From: Saccostrea echinata
Lineage: Eukaryota
Length of the DNA: 64,000 bases
Assembly: GCF_033153115.1 (NCBI RefSeq)
Contig: NW_026889757.1
Coordinates: forward strand, 8,742,001-8,806,000
Reading direction: 5' to 3'
Shown: in pieces, positions 63,426 through 64,000 of the stretch
Layout: every line of letters begins with the position of its first letter
Numbering within the stretch: position 1 is the stretch's first letter
The notes under the pieces: model-generated
The model's input: only the letters and a program-made list of their open reading frames with translations
What the model was told of the DNA's origin: nothing
Database searches by the model: none
Made by a program: the position numbers and the translations under genes

Positions 63426-64000
63426 CAGGTAACTCTTGATGGCTCGAACTTCGATCTCTCGAAGTTCTTGATCGCTCGAAGTGAGTCTCCGGTCCCGAAT
63501 TTTTCCACTATATAACTAAGCAAATTTACTCTTGATTTCTCGAACTCTTGATCTCTCGAAACCCTTGATCCCTCGAAGTCAAAATGCAGTCCCGCTATGC
63601 ATATTCTATTAGAATTTACCCTCGATACCTCGAAGTGGCTATGTGTATACAAGATTATATAATTAGCACCTTTACCTGGACATTTAAATGGCCCCAGGCA
63701 GAAGACGCGGGTCTCGAGGAACAGGATGTTTATTCAGGTGACACTTATGCTGCAAGGTGATAATTGATTTATAATGAATCATATTTTGCCTATATGCTAT
63801 TAAAATAATTATCATCGACTGTCTTACGATAATTTAGAGACGCAGTGTCATTGAAAAGTAGTAATTTATTAAAAGACAAAAAACTAATTTAATTTTTATT
63901 TCGAGTCAGTGTCAAAGTTAAACGAAATATGAAAAAAGCAGAAACAGCCTCAATGTCAATATGACGACTATTATTCGACAAATACTTACAGAACTTCGTT
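63426..64000. mobile_element. Left end of a Tc1/mariner-pogo-type element inserted at a TA in the HINE; the other end is outside the window
   Basis: TA|CAGGTAACTCTTGATGGCTCGAAC with repeated CTCGAA subterminal motifs, as in the 20249-20423 MITE. Confidence 0.6.

Overview
AT-rich, intron-dense animal DNA, most likely a true oyster (Ostreidae), judging by Helentron-type (HINE) elements carrying ~166-180 bp satellite monomers. I could splice four genes by hand: the 3' half of phospholipase C epsilon (+, 67-8259), protrudin/ZFYVE27 (+, ~15778-22832), the L-type lectin VIP36/LMAN2 (+, 30315-36201) and the 3' part of CFAP46/TTC40 (-, 39215 to beyond 62791). There is also an intronless 144-aa ORF of unknown function (-, 14239-14673) head-to-head with protrudin. 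Introns and intergenic DNA hold five HINE elements, several TA-flanked MITEs, a foldback-like element and nested insertions. Main observations: (1) two minor-spliceosome (U12) introns, one AT-AC and one GT-AG; (2) minisatellites that start inside coding exons and multiply the 5' splice donor about 18-19 times in two genes, with smaller versions of the same event elsewhere; (3) a TG..CA MITE with a 4-bp TSD whose inverted arms each carry an outward-facing tRNA-like Pol III unit and terminator, inside a three-level nest; (4) a large excess of TACATGTA, twice visible as a clean CATGTA insertion at a TA, consistent with transposon excision footprints; (5) a cluster of symmetric microexons in CFAP46. 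All coordinates were read by eye and may be off by a few bases. No database searches were run.
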